A stretch of 64,000 nucleotides of DNA from Azolla caroliniana (lineage: Eukaryota > Plantae > Polypodiophyta), in the NCBI GenBank assembly GCA_043228905.1, contig JBHGNT010000154.1, positions 1-64,000 on the forward strand. The letters are read 5' to 3'. Each line of letters begins with the position of its first letter. The stretch's first letter is position 1. This document shows positions 52,101 to 64,000 of this stretch, piece after piece. The notes beneath the pieces are model-generated. The model did no database searches. It was not told the origin of the DNA and saw only the letters and a list, made by a program, of their open reading frames with translations. Position numbers and translations under genes: made by a program.

Positions 52101-55100
52101 CTCCTCTCAACTCCTTCCTCAAGTTTGCTAATTTCGTCATGTCTCTCGACTTGAGTTTCAAAACCTTGATTTTTTAATTCCATATCATAGCTAGCATTGT
52201 TAGCTTCGATTCGCATGTTTGAACACAAAAATCCGATATAACACGAGCCAGGTATGAACATTTTAATTTACTCAAGGACTCCTCTCAACTCCTTCCTCAA
52301 GTTTGCTAATTTCGTCATGTCTCTCGACCTGAGTTTCAAAATCTTGATTTTTTAATTCCATATCATAGCTAGCGTTGTTAGCTTCGATTCGCATGTTTGA
52401 ACACAAAAATCCGATATCACACAAGCCAGGTATGAACATTTTAATTTACCTACTAGCTCTTCTCAACTCCCTCCTCAAATTTGGTAATTTCATCAGATCT
52501 CTCGACCTGAGTTTCAATATCCTGATTTTTTAATTCCATATCATAGCTAGCGTTGTTAGCTTCGATTCGCATGTTTAAACACAAAAATCCGATATCACAC
52601 GAGCCAGGTATGAACATTTTAATTTACTCAAGGGCTCGTCTCAACTCCCTCCTCAAGTTTGCTAATTTCGTCATGTCTCTCGACCTGAGTTTCAAAACCC
52701 GTATTTTTTAATTCCATATCATAGCTAGCATTGTTAGCTTCGATCCGCATGTTTGAACACAAAAATCCGATATCACACGAGCCAGGTATGAACATTTTAA
52801 TTTACTCAAGGACTCCTCTCAACTCCTTCCTCAAGTTTGCTAATTTCGTCATGTCTCTCGACCTGAGTTTCAAAATCTTGATTTTTTAATTCCATATCAT
52901 AGCTAGCGTTGTTAGCTTCGATTCGCATGTTTGAACACAAAAATCCGATATCACACAAGCCAGGTATGAACATTTTAATTTACCTACTAGCTCTTCTCAA
53001 CTCCCTCCTCAAATTTGGTAATTTCGTCAGGTCTCTCGACCTGAGTTTCAATATCCTGATTTTTTAATTCCATATCATAGCTAGCGTTGTTAGCTTCGAT
53101 TCGCATGTTTAAACACAAAAATCCGATATCACACGAGCCAGGTATGAACAGTTTAATTTACTCAAGGGCTCCTCTCAACTCCTTCCTCAAGTTTGCTAAT
53201 TTCGTCATGTCTCTCGACCTGACTTTCAAAATCTTGATTTTTTAATTCCATATCATAGCTAGCGTTGTTAGCTTCGATTCGCATGTTTGAACACAAAAAT
53301 CCGATATCACACGAGCCAGGTATGAACATTTTAATTTACTCAAGGACTCCTCTCAACTCCTTCCTCAAGTTTGCTAATTTCGTCATGTCTCTCGACCTGA
53401 GTTTCAAAACCTTGATTTTTTAATTCCATATCATAGCTAGCATTGTTAGCTTCGATTCGCATGTTTGAACACAAAAATCCGATATAACACGAGCCAGGTA
53501 TGAACATTTTAATTTACTCAAGGACTCCTCTCAACTCCTTCCTCAAGTTTGCTAATTTCGTCATGTCTCTCGACCTGAGTTTCAAAATCTTGATTTTTTA
53601 ATTCCATATCATAGCTAGCGTTGTTAGCTTCGATTCGCATGTTTGAACACAAAAATCCGATATCACACGAGCCAGGTATAAACATTTTAATTTACTCAAG
53701 GGCTCCTCTCAACTCCTTCCTCAAGTTTGCTAATTTCGTCATGTCTCTCGACCTGAGTTTCAAAACCTTGATTTTTTAATTCCATATCATAGCTAGCATT
53801 GTTAGCTTCGATTCGCATGTTTGAACACAAAAATCCGATATAACACGAGCCAGGTATGAACATTTTAATTTACTCAAGGACTCCTCTCAACTCCTTCCTC
53901 AAGTTTGCTAATTTCGTCATGTCTCTCGACCTGAGTTTCAAAATCTGGATTTTTAAATTCCATATCATAGCTAGCGTTGCTAGCTTCGATTCGCATGTTT
54001 GAACACAAAAATCCGATATCACACGAGCCAGGTATAAACATTTTAATTTACTCAAGGGCTCCTCTCAACTCCTTCCTCAAGTTTGCTAATTTCGTCATGT
54101 CTCTCGACCTGAGTTTCAAAACCTTGATTTTTTAATTCCATATCATAGCTAGCATTGTTAGCTTCGATTCGCATGTTTGAACACAAAAATCCGATATAAC
54201 ACGAGCCAGGTATGAACATTTTAATTTACTCAAGGACTCCTCTCAACTCCTTCCTCAAGTTTGCTAATTTCGTCATGTCTCTCGACCTGAGTTTCAAAAT
54301 CTGGATTTTTAAATTCCATATCATAGCTAGCGTTGTTAGCTTCGATTCGCATGTTTGAACACAAAAATCCGATATCACACGAGCCAGGTATAAACAGTTT
54401 AATTTACTCAAGGGCTCCTCTCAACTCCCTCCTCAAGTTTGCTATTTTCGTCATGTCTCTCGACCTGAGTTTCAAAATCTTGATTTTTAAATTCCATATC
54501 ATAGCTAGCGTTGTTACCTTCGACTCGCATGTTTGAACACAAAAATCCGATATCACACGAGCCAGGTATGAACAGTTTAATTTACTCAAGGGCTCCTCTC
54601 AACTCCTTCCTCAAGTTTGCTAATTTCGTCATGTCTCTCGACCTGACTTTCAAAATCTTGATTTTTTAATTCCATATCATAGCTAGCGTTGTTAGCTTCG
54701 ATTCGCATGTTTGAACACAAAAATCCGATATCACACGAGCCAGGTATGAACATTTTAATTTACTCAAGGACTCCTCTCAACTCCTTCCTCAAGTTTGCTA
54801 ATTTCGTCATGTCTCTCGACCTGAGTTTCAAACTCTGGATTTTTAAATTCCATATCATAGCTAGCGTTGTTAGCTTCGATTCGCATTTTTGAACACAAAA
54901 ATCCGATATCACACGAGCCAGGTATAAACATTTTAATTTACTCAAGGGCTCCTCTCAACTCCTTCCTCAAGTTTGCTAATTTCGTCATGTCTCTCGACCT
55001 AAGTTTCATAGCCCTCCTCAAGCGTTGTTACCTAGCGTTGTTACCTTCGACTCGCATGTTTGAACACAAAAATCCGATATCACACGAGCCAGGTATGAAC

Positions 55101-58100
55101 AGTTTAATTTACTCAAGGGCTCCTCTCAACTCCTTCCTCAAGTTTGCTAATTTCGTCATGTCTCTCGACCTGACTTTCAAAATCTTGATTTTTTAATTCC
55201 ATATCATAGCTAGCGTTGTTAGCTTCGATTCGCATGTTTGAACACAAAAATCCGATATCACACGAGCCAGGTATGAACATTTTAATTTACTCAAGGACTC
55301 CTCTCAACTCCTTCCTCAAGTTTGCTAATTTCGTCATGTCTCTCGACCTGAGTTTCAAAACCTTGATTTTTTAATTCCATATCATAGCTAGCATTGTTAG
55401 CTTCGATTCGCATGTTTGAACACAAAAATCCGATATAACACGAGCCAGGTATGAACATTTTAATTTACTCAAGGACTCCTCTCAACTCCTTCCTCAAGTT
55501 TGCTAATTTCGTCATGTCTCTCGACCTGAGTTTCAAAATCTGGATTTTTAAATTCCATATCATAGCTAGCGTTCTTAGCTTCGATTCGCATGTTTGAACA
55601 CAAAAATCCGATATCACACGAGCCAGGTATAAACATTTTAATTTACTCAAGGGCTCCTCTCAACTCCTTCCTCAAGTTTGCTAATTTCGTCATGTCTCTC
55701 GACCTGAGTTTCAAAACCTTGATTTTTTAATTCCATATCATAGCTAGCATTGTTAGCTTCGATTCGCATGTTTGAACACAAAAATCCGATATAACACGAG
55801 CCAGGTATGAACAGTTTAATTTACTCAAGGGCTCCTCTCAACTCCTTCCTCAAGTTTGCTAATTTCGTCATGTCTCTCGACCTGACTTTCAAAATCTTGA
55901 TTTTTTAATTCCATATCATAGCTAGCGTTGTTAGCTTCGATTCGCATGTTTGAACACAAAAATCCGATATAACACGAGCCAGGTATAAACAGTTTAATTT
56001 ACTCAAGGGCTCCTCTCAACTCCCTCCTCAAGTTTGCTAATTTCGTCATGTCTCTCGACCTGAGTTTCAAAATCTGGATTTTTAAATTCCATATCATAGC
56101 TAGCGTTGCTAGCTTCGATTCGCATGTTTGAACACAAAAATCCGATATCACACGAGCCAGGTATAAACATTTTAATTTACTCAAGGGCTCCTCTCAACTC
56201 CTTCCTCAAGTTTGCTAATTTCGTCATGTCTCTCGACCTGAGTTTCAAAACCTTGATTTTTTAATTCCATATCATAGCTAGCATTGTTAGCTTCGATTCG
56301 CATGTTTGAACACAAAAATCCGATATAACACGAGCCAGGTATGAACATTTTAATTTACTCAAGGACTCCTCTCAACTCCTTCCTCAAGTTTGCTAATTTC
56401 GTCATGTCTCTCGACCTGAGTTTCAAAATCTGGATTTTTAAATTCCATATCATAGCTAGCGTTGTTAGCTTCGATTCGCATGTTTGAACACAAAAATCCG
56501 ATATCACACGAGCCAGGTATAAACAGTTTAATTTACTCAAGGGCTCCTCTCAACTCCCTCCTCAAGTTTGCTATTTTCGTCATGTCTCTCGACCTGAGTT
56601 TCAAAATCTTGATTTTTAAATTCCATATCATAGCTAGCGTTGTTACCTTCGACTCGCATGTTTGAACACAAAAATCCGATATCACACGAGCCAGGTATGA
56701 ACAGTTTAATTTACTCAAGGGCTCCTCTCAACTCCTTCCTCAAGTTTGCTAATTTCGTCATGTCTCTCGACCTGACTTTCAAAATCTTGATTTTTTAATT
56801 CCATATCATAGCTAGCGTTGTTAGCTTCGATTCGCATGTTTGAACACAAAAATCCGATATCACACGAGCCAGGTATGAACATTTTAATTTACTCAAGGAC
56901 TCCTCTCAACTCCTTCCTCAAGTTTGCTAATTTCGTCATGTCTCTCGACCTGAGTTTCAAACTCTGGATTTTTAAATTCCATATCATAGCTAGCGTTGTT
57001 AGCTTCGATTCGCATGTTTGAACACAAAAATCCGATATCACACGAGCCAGGTATAAACATTTTAATTTACTCAAGGGCTCCTCTCAACTCCTTCCTCAAG
57101 TTTGCTAATTTCGTCATGTCTCTCGACCTAAGTTTCATAGCCCTCCTCAAGCGTTGTTACCTAGCGTTGTTACCTTCGACTCGCATGTTTGAACACAAAA
57201 ATCCGATATCACACGAGCCAGGTATGAACAGTTTAATTTACTCAAGGGCTCCTCTCAACTCCTTCCTCAAGTTTGCTAATTTCTTCATGTCTCTCGACCT
57301 GACTTTCAAAATCTTGATTTTTTAATTCCATATCATAGCTAGCGTTGTTAGCTTCGATTCGCATGTTTGAACACAAAAATCCGATATCACACGAGCCAGG
57401 TATGAACATTTTAATTTACTCAAGGACTCCTCTCAACTCCTTCCTCAAGTTTGCTAATTTCGTCATGTCTCTCGACCTGAGTTTCAAAACCTTGATTTTT
57501 TAATTCCATATCATAGCTAGCATTGTTAGCTTCGATTCGCATGTTTGAACACAAAAATCCGATATAACACGAGCCAGGTATGAACATTTTAATTTACTCA
57601 AGGACTCCTCTCAACTCCTTCCTCAAGTTTGCTAATTTCGTCATGTCTCTCGACCTGAGTTTCAAAATCTGGATTTTTAAATTCCATATCATAGCTAGCG
57701 TTCTTAGCTTCGATTCGCATGTTTGAACACAAAAATCCGATATCACACGAGCCAGGTATAAACATTTTAATTTACTCAAGGGCTCCTCTCAACTCCTTCC
57801 TCAAGTTTGCTAATTTCGTCATGTCTCTCGACCTGAGTTTCAAAACCTTGATTTTTTAATTCCATATCATAGCTAGCATTGTTAGCTTCGATTCGCATGT
57901 TTGAACACAAAAATCCGATATAACACGAGCCAGGTATAAACAGTTTAATTTACTCAAGGGCTCCTCTCAACTCCCTCCTCAAGTTTGCTATTTTCGTCAT
58001 GTCTCTCGACCTGAGTTTCAAAATCTTGATTTTTAAATTCCATATCATAGCTAGCGTTGTTACCTTCGACTCGCATGTTTGAACACAAAAATCCGATATC

Positions 58101-59817
58101 ACACGAGCCAGGTATGAACAGTTTAATTTACTCAAGGGCTCCTCTCAACTCCTTCCTCAAGTTTGCTAATTTCGTCATGTCTCTCGACCTGACTTTCAAA
58201 ATCTTGATTTTTTAATTCCATATCATAGCTAGCGTTGTTAGCTTCGATTCGCATGTTTGAACACAAAAATCCGATATCACACGAGCCAGGTATGAACATT
58301 TTAATTTACTCAAGGACTCCTCTCAACTCCTTCCTCAAGTTTGCTAATTTCGTCATGTCTCTCGACCTGAGTTTCAAACTCTGGATTTTTAAATTCCATA
58401 TCATAGCTAGCGTTGTTAGCTTCGATTCGCATGTTTGAACACAAAAATCCGATATCACACGAGCCAGGTATAAACATTTTAATTTACTCAAGGGCTCCTC
58501 TCAACTCCTTCCTCAAGTTTGCTAATTTCGTCATGTCTCTCGACCTAAGTTTCATAGCCCTCCTCAAGCGTTGTTACCTAGCGTTGTTACCTTCGACTCG
58601 CATGTTTGAACACAAAAATCCGATATCACACGAGCCAGGTATGAACAGTTTAATTTACTCAAGGGCTCCTCTCAACTCCTTCCTCAAGTTTGCTAATTTC
58701 GTCATGTCTCTCGACCTGACTTTCAAAATCTTGATTTTTTAATTCCATATCATAGCTAGCGTTGTTAGCTTCGATTCGCATGTTTGAACACAAAAATCCG
58801 GTATCACACGAGCCAGGTATGAACATTTTAATTTACTCAAGGACTCCTCTCAACTCCTTCCTCAAGTTTGCTAATTTCGTCATGTCTCTCGACCTGAGTT
58901 TCAAAACCTTGATTTTTTAATTCCATATCATAGCTAGCATTGTTAGCTTCGATTCGCATGTTTGAACACAAAAATCCGATATAACACGAGCCAGGTATGA
59001 ACATTTTAATTTACTCAAGGACTCCTCTCAACTCCTTCCTCAAGTTTGCTAATTTCGTCATGTCTCTCGACCTGAGTTTCAAAATCTGGATTTTTAAATT
59101 CCATATCATAGCTAGCGTTGTTAGCTTCGATTCGCATGTTTGAACACAAAAATCCGATATCACACGAGCCAGGTATAAACATTTTAATTTACTCAAGGGC
59201 TCCTCTCAACTCCTTCCTCAAGTTTGCTAATTTCGTCATGTCTCTCGACCTGAGTTTCAAAACCTTGATTTTTTAATTCCATATCATAGCTAGCATTGTT
59301 AGCTTCGATTCGCATGTTTGAACACAAAAATCCGATATAACACGAGCCAGGTATGAACATTTTAATTTACTCAAGGACTCCTCTCAACTCCTTCCTCAAG
59401 TTTGCTAATTTCGTCATGTCTCTCGACCTGAGTTTCAAAATCTGGATTTTTAAATTCCATATCATAGCTAGCGTTGCTAGCTTCGATTCGCATGTTTGAA
59501 CACAAAAATCCGATATCACACGAGCCAGGTATGAACATTTTAATTTACTCAAGGACTCCTCTCAACTCCTTCCTCAAGTTTGCTAATTTCGTCATGTCTC
59601 TCGACCTGAGTTTCAAACTCTGGATTTTTAAATTCCATATCATAGCTAGCGTTGTTAGCTTCGATTCGCATGTTTGAACACAAAAATCCGATATCACACG
59701 AGCCAGGTATAAACATTTTAATTTACTCAAGGGCTCCTCTCAACTCCTTCCTCAAGTTTGCTAATTTCGTCATGTCTCTCGACCTAAGTTTCATAGCCCT
59801 CCTCAAGCGTTGTTACC
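39394..59817 (+). repeat. 171-bp variant monomer carrying GTTTCA-TAGC-CCTCCTCAAGCGTTGTTACC-TAGCG, 11 copies
   Basis: The 20-bp insert starts at 39398, 41349, 43122, 45073, 47202, 48619, 49858, 55013, 57142, 58559 and 59798, matching the eleven 109-aa ORFs. Each copy shifts the register by -7. Confidence 0.95.
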
Positions 59818-62800
59818 TAGCGTTGTTACCTTCGACTCGCATGTTTGAACACAAAAATCCGATATCACACGAGCCAGGTATGAACAGTTTAATTTACTCA
59901 AGGGCTCCTCTCAACTCCTTCCTCAAGTTTGCTAATTTCGTCATGTCTCTCGACCTGACTTTCAAAATCTTGATTTTTTAATTCCATATCATAGCTAGCG
60001 TTGTTAGCTTCGATTCGCATGTTTGAACACAAAAATCCGATATCACACGAGCCAGGTATGAACATTTTAATTTACTCAAGGACTCCTCTCAACTCCTTCC
60101 TCAAGTTTGCTAATTTCGTCATGTCTCTCGACCTGAGTTTCAAAACCTTGATTTTTTAATTCCATATCATAGCTAGCATTGTTAGCTTCGATTCGCATGT
60201 TTGAACACAAAAATCCGATATAACACGAGCCAGGTATGAACATTTTAATTTACTCAACGACTCCTCTCAACTCCTTCCTCAAGTTTGCTAATTTCGTCAT
60301 GTCTCTCGACCTGAGTTTCAAAATCTGGATTTTTAAATTCCATATCATAGCTAGCGTTGTTAGCTTCGATTCGCATGTTTGAACACAAAAATCCGATATC
60401 ACACGAGCCAGGTATAAACATTTTAATTTACTCAAGGGCTCCTCTCAACTCCTTCCTCAAGTTTGCTAATTTCGTCATGTCTCTCGACCTGAGTTTCAAA
60501 ACCTTGATTTTTTAATTCCATATCATAGCTAGCATTGTTAGCTTCGATTCGCATGTTTGAACACAAAAATCCGATATAACACGAGCCAGGTATGAACATT
60601 TTAATTTACTCAAGGACTCCTCTCAACTCCATCCTCAAGTTTGCTAATTTCGTCATGTCTCTCGACCTGAGTTTCAAAATCTGGATTTTTAAATTCCATA
60701 TCATAGCTAGCGTTGCTAGCTTCGATTCGCATGTTTGAACACAAAAATCCGATATCACACGAGCCAGGTATAAACAGTTTAATTTACTCAAGGGCTCCTC
60801 TCAACTCCCTCCTCAAGTTTGCTATTTTCGTCATGTCTCTCGACCTGAGTTTCAAAATCTTGATTTTTAAATTCCATATCATAGCTAGCGTTGTTACCTT
60901 CGACTCGCATGTTTGAACACAAAAATCCGATATCACACGAGCCAGGTATGAACATTTTAATTTACTCAAGGACTCCTCTCAACTCCTTCCTCAAGTTTGC
61001 TAATTTCGTCATGTCTCTCGACCTGAGTTTCAAAACCTTGATTTTTTAATTCCATATCATAGCTAGCATTGTTAGCTTCGATACGCATGTTTGAACACAA
61101 AAATCCGATATCACACGAGCCAGGTATGAACATTTTAATTTACTCAAGGACTCCTCTCAACTCCTTCCTCAAGTTTGCTAATTTCGTCATGTCTCTCGAC
61201 CTAAGTTTCAAAACCTTGATTTTTTAATTCCATATCATAGCTAGCATTGTTAGCTTCGATTCGCATGTTTGAACACAAAAATCCGATATCACACGAGCCA
61301 GGTATGAACATTTTAATTTACTCAAGGACTCCTCTCAACCCCTTCCTCAAGTTTGCTAATTTCGTCATGTCTCTCGACCTGAGTTTCAAAATCTGGATTT
61401 TTAAATTCCATATCATAGCTAGCGTTGTTAGCTTCGATTCGCATGTTTGAACACAAAAATTCGATATCACACGAGCGAGGTATAAACATTTTAATTTACC
61501 TACTAGCTCTTCTCAACTCCCTCCTCAAATTTGGTAATTTCGTCAGGTCTCTCGACCTGAGTTTCAAAATCCTGATTTTTTAATTCCATATCATAGCTAG
61601 CGTTGTTAGCTTCGATTCGCATGTTTGAACACAAAAATCCGATATCACACGAGCCAGGTATGAACAGTTTAATTTACTCAAGGGCTCCTCTCAACTCCCT
61701 CCTCAAGTTTGCTATTTTCGTCATGTCTCTCGACCTGAGTTTCAAAATCTTGATTTTTTAATTCCATATCATAGCTAGCGTTGTTAGCTTCGATTCGCAT
61801 GTTTGAACACAAAAATCCGATATCACACGAGCCAGGTATGAACATTTTAATTTACTTAAGGGCTCCTCTCAACTCCCTTCTCAAGTTTGCTATTTTCGTC
61901 ATGTCTCTCGACCTGAGTTTCAAAATCTGGATTTTTAAATTCCATATCATAGCTAGCGTTGTTAGCTTCGATTCGCATGTTTGAACACAAAAATCCGATA
62001 TCACACGAGCCAGGTATGAACATTTTAATTTACTCAAGGGCTCCTCTCAACTCCTTCCTCAAGTTTGCTAATTTCGTCATGTCTCTCGACTTGAGTTTCA
62101 AAACCTTGATTTTTTAATTCCATATCATAGCTAGCATTGTTAGCTTCGATTCGCATGTTTGAACACAAAAATCCGATATAACACGAGCCAGGTATGAACA
62201 TTTTAATTTACTCAAGGACTCCTCTCAACTCCTTCCTCAAGTTTGCTAATTTCGTCATGTCTCTCGACCTGAGTTTCAAAATCTTGATTTTTTAATTCCA
62301 TATCATAGCTAGCGTTGTTAGCTTCGATTCGCATGTTTGAACACAAAAATCCGATATCACACAAGCCAGGTATGAACATTTTAATTTACCTACTAGCTCT
62401 TCTCAACTCCCTCCTCAAATTTGGTAATTTCATCAGATCTCTCGACCTGAGTTTCAATATCCTGATTTTTTAATTCCATATCATAGCTAGCGTTGTTAGC
62501 TTCGATTCGCATGTTTAAACACAAAAATCCGATATCACACGAGCCAGGTATGAACATTTTAATTTACTCAAGGGCTCGTCTCAACTCCCTCCTCAAGTTT
62601 GCTAATTTCGTCATGTCTCTCGACCTGAGTTTCAAAACCCGTATTTTTTAATTCCATATCATAGCTAGCATTGTTAGCTTCGATCCGCATGTTTGAACAC
62701 AAAAATCCGATATCACACGAGCCAGGTATGAACATTTTAATTTACTCAAGGACTCCTCTCAACTCCTTCCTCAAGTTTGCTAATTTCGTCATGTCTCTCG

Positions 62801-63122
62801 ACCTGAGTTTCAAAATCTTGATTTTTTAATTCCATATCATAGCTAGCGTTGTTAGCTTCGATTCGCATGTTTGAACACAAAAATCCGATATCACACAAGC
62901 CAGGTATGAACATTTTAATTTACCTACTAGCTCTTCTCAACTCCCTCCTCAAATTTGGTAATTTCGTCAGGTCTCTCGACCTGAGTTTCAATATCCTGAT
63001 TTTTTAATTCCATATCATAGCTAGCGTTGTTAGCTTCGATTCGCATGTTTAAACACAAAAATCCGATATCACACGAGCCAGGTATGAACAGTTTAATTTA
63101 CTCAAGGGCTCCTCTCAACTCC
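43172..63122 (+). repeat. 56-monomer (9,940-bp) tandem duplication, junction between 53112 and 53182
   Basis: Every ORF from 43930 to 51912 recurs at +9940. Private variants recur at 47344/57284, 48861/58801, 50318/60258, 50691/60631, 51521/61461 and ~52700/62640. The match breaks at 43171/53111 and 53183/63123. 9940 = 56x178-28. Confidence 0.93.
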
Positions 63123-64000
63123 CTCCTCAAGTTTGCTATTTTCGTCATGTCTCTCGACCTGAGTTTCAAAATCTTGATTTTTTAATTCCATATGATAGCT
63201 AGCGTTGTTACCTTCGATTTGCATGTTTGAACACAAAAATCCGATATCACACGAGCCAGGTATGAACATTTTAATTTACTCAAGGGCTCCTCTCAACTCC
63301 CTCCTCAAATTTGCTAATTTCGTCATGTCTCTCGACCTGAGTTTCAAAATCCTGATTTTTTAATTCCATATCATAGCTAGGGTTGTTACCTTCGATTCGC
63401 ATGTTTGAATACAAAAATCCGATATCACACGAGCCAGGTATGAACATTTTAATTTACTCAAGGGCTCCTCTCAACTCCCTCCTCAAATTTGCGAATTTCG
63501 TCATCTCTCTCGACCTGAGTTTCAAAATCTTGATTTTTTAATTCCATATCATAGGTAGGGTTGTTAGCTTCGATTGGCATGTTTGAACACATAAATCCGA
63601 TATGACACGAACCAGGTATGAATATTTTAATTTTACCTACTAGCTCTTCTCAACTCCCTCCTCAAGTTTGCTAATTTCGTCATGTGTCTCGACCTGAGTT
63701 TCAAAATCTTAATTTTTCTCATTCCATATCATAGCTAGCATTGTTAGCTTCGATTCGCATGTTTGAACACAAAAATCCGATATCAGACGAGCCAGGTATG
63801 AACATTTTAATTTACTCAAGGGCTCCTCTCAACTCCCTCCTCAAGTTTGCTAATTTCCTCATTTCTCTCAACGTGAGTTTCAAAATCTTGATTTTTTAAT
63901 TCCATATCATAACTAGCGTTGTTAGCTTCGATTCGCATGTTTTAGCACAAAAATCTGATATCACACGAGCCAGATATGAACATTTTAATTTACTCAAGGG
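63123..64000 (+). repeat. More diverged satellite monomers including a 180-bp monomer
   Basis: Many private substitutions (63194, 63220, 63410, 63493, 63555 and others) and two 1-bp insertions (~63634, ~63718). GGTATG spacing from 63615 to 63795 is 180. Confidence 0.85.

Larger units (their letters stand above)
951..64000 (+). repeat. Head-to-tail 178-bp satellite array (~354 monomers), centromeric/heterochromatic type, family not recognised
   Basis: Continuous periodicity. ORF-track starts differ by exact multiples of 178 (1281->17301 = 90x178; 20836->29024 = 46x178; 30174->39252 = 51x178). The centromeric/heterochromatic assignment is inferred from monomer length and homogeneity only. Confidence 0.99.

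Noticed and set aside
1281-62037. About 150 short ORFs (61-118 aa) in the ORF track, on both strands
   Set aside because: They are near-identical translations of the satellite monomer, overlap on opposite strands, mostly start at TTG, and appear or vanish with single variants. They show no recognisable domain. I used them only as positional markers.
951-64000. CRISPR array or diversity-generating cassette system
   Set aside because: There are no unique spacers: the whole 178 bp is repeated with only point variants. No cas, reverse transcriptase or recombinase genes are present.

Overview
The whole 64 kb window is one non-coding tandem satellite array of about 360 copies of a 178-bp monomer (~38% GC by hand count). 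The + strand consensus is ACACAAAAATCCGATATCACACGAGCCAGGTATGAACATTTTAATTTACTCAAGGACTCCTCTCAACTCCTTCCTCAAGTTTGCTAATTTCGTCATGTCTCTCGACCTGAGTTTCAAAATCTTGATTTTTTAATTCCATATCATAGCTAGCGTTGTTAGCTTCGATTCGCATGTTTGA. It looks like centromeric, pericentromeric or subtelomeric satellite from a eukaryote with TTTAGGG telomeres, most likely a plant. I do not recognise the family, and it does not resemble Arabidopsis CEN178 as I recall it. I see no genes, RNA genes, transposons or CRISPR; all listed ORFs are chance read-throughs of the monomer. The interest lies in the array's repair and amplification scars. (1) A strand inversion at 951. (2) A 46-bp microhomology deletion at ~187. (3) Two plant-type telomere repeats inserted at 18362-18373, exactly at the junction of a multi-kb tandem duplication. 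(4) An 82-bp partial monomer at 29944. (5) A 171-bp monomer with a patchwork templated insertion (Pol theta-like), since amplified to 11 copies between 39.4 and 59.8 kb. (6) Nested higher-order duplications from 356 bp to ~13 kb, including an apparently near-perfect 9,940-bp tandem duplication. (7) A more diverged zone in the last ~0.9 kb. Three independent junctions fall within about 4 bp of the same monomer position (GAACAC^AAAAATCC), which hints at a phased break hotspot.
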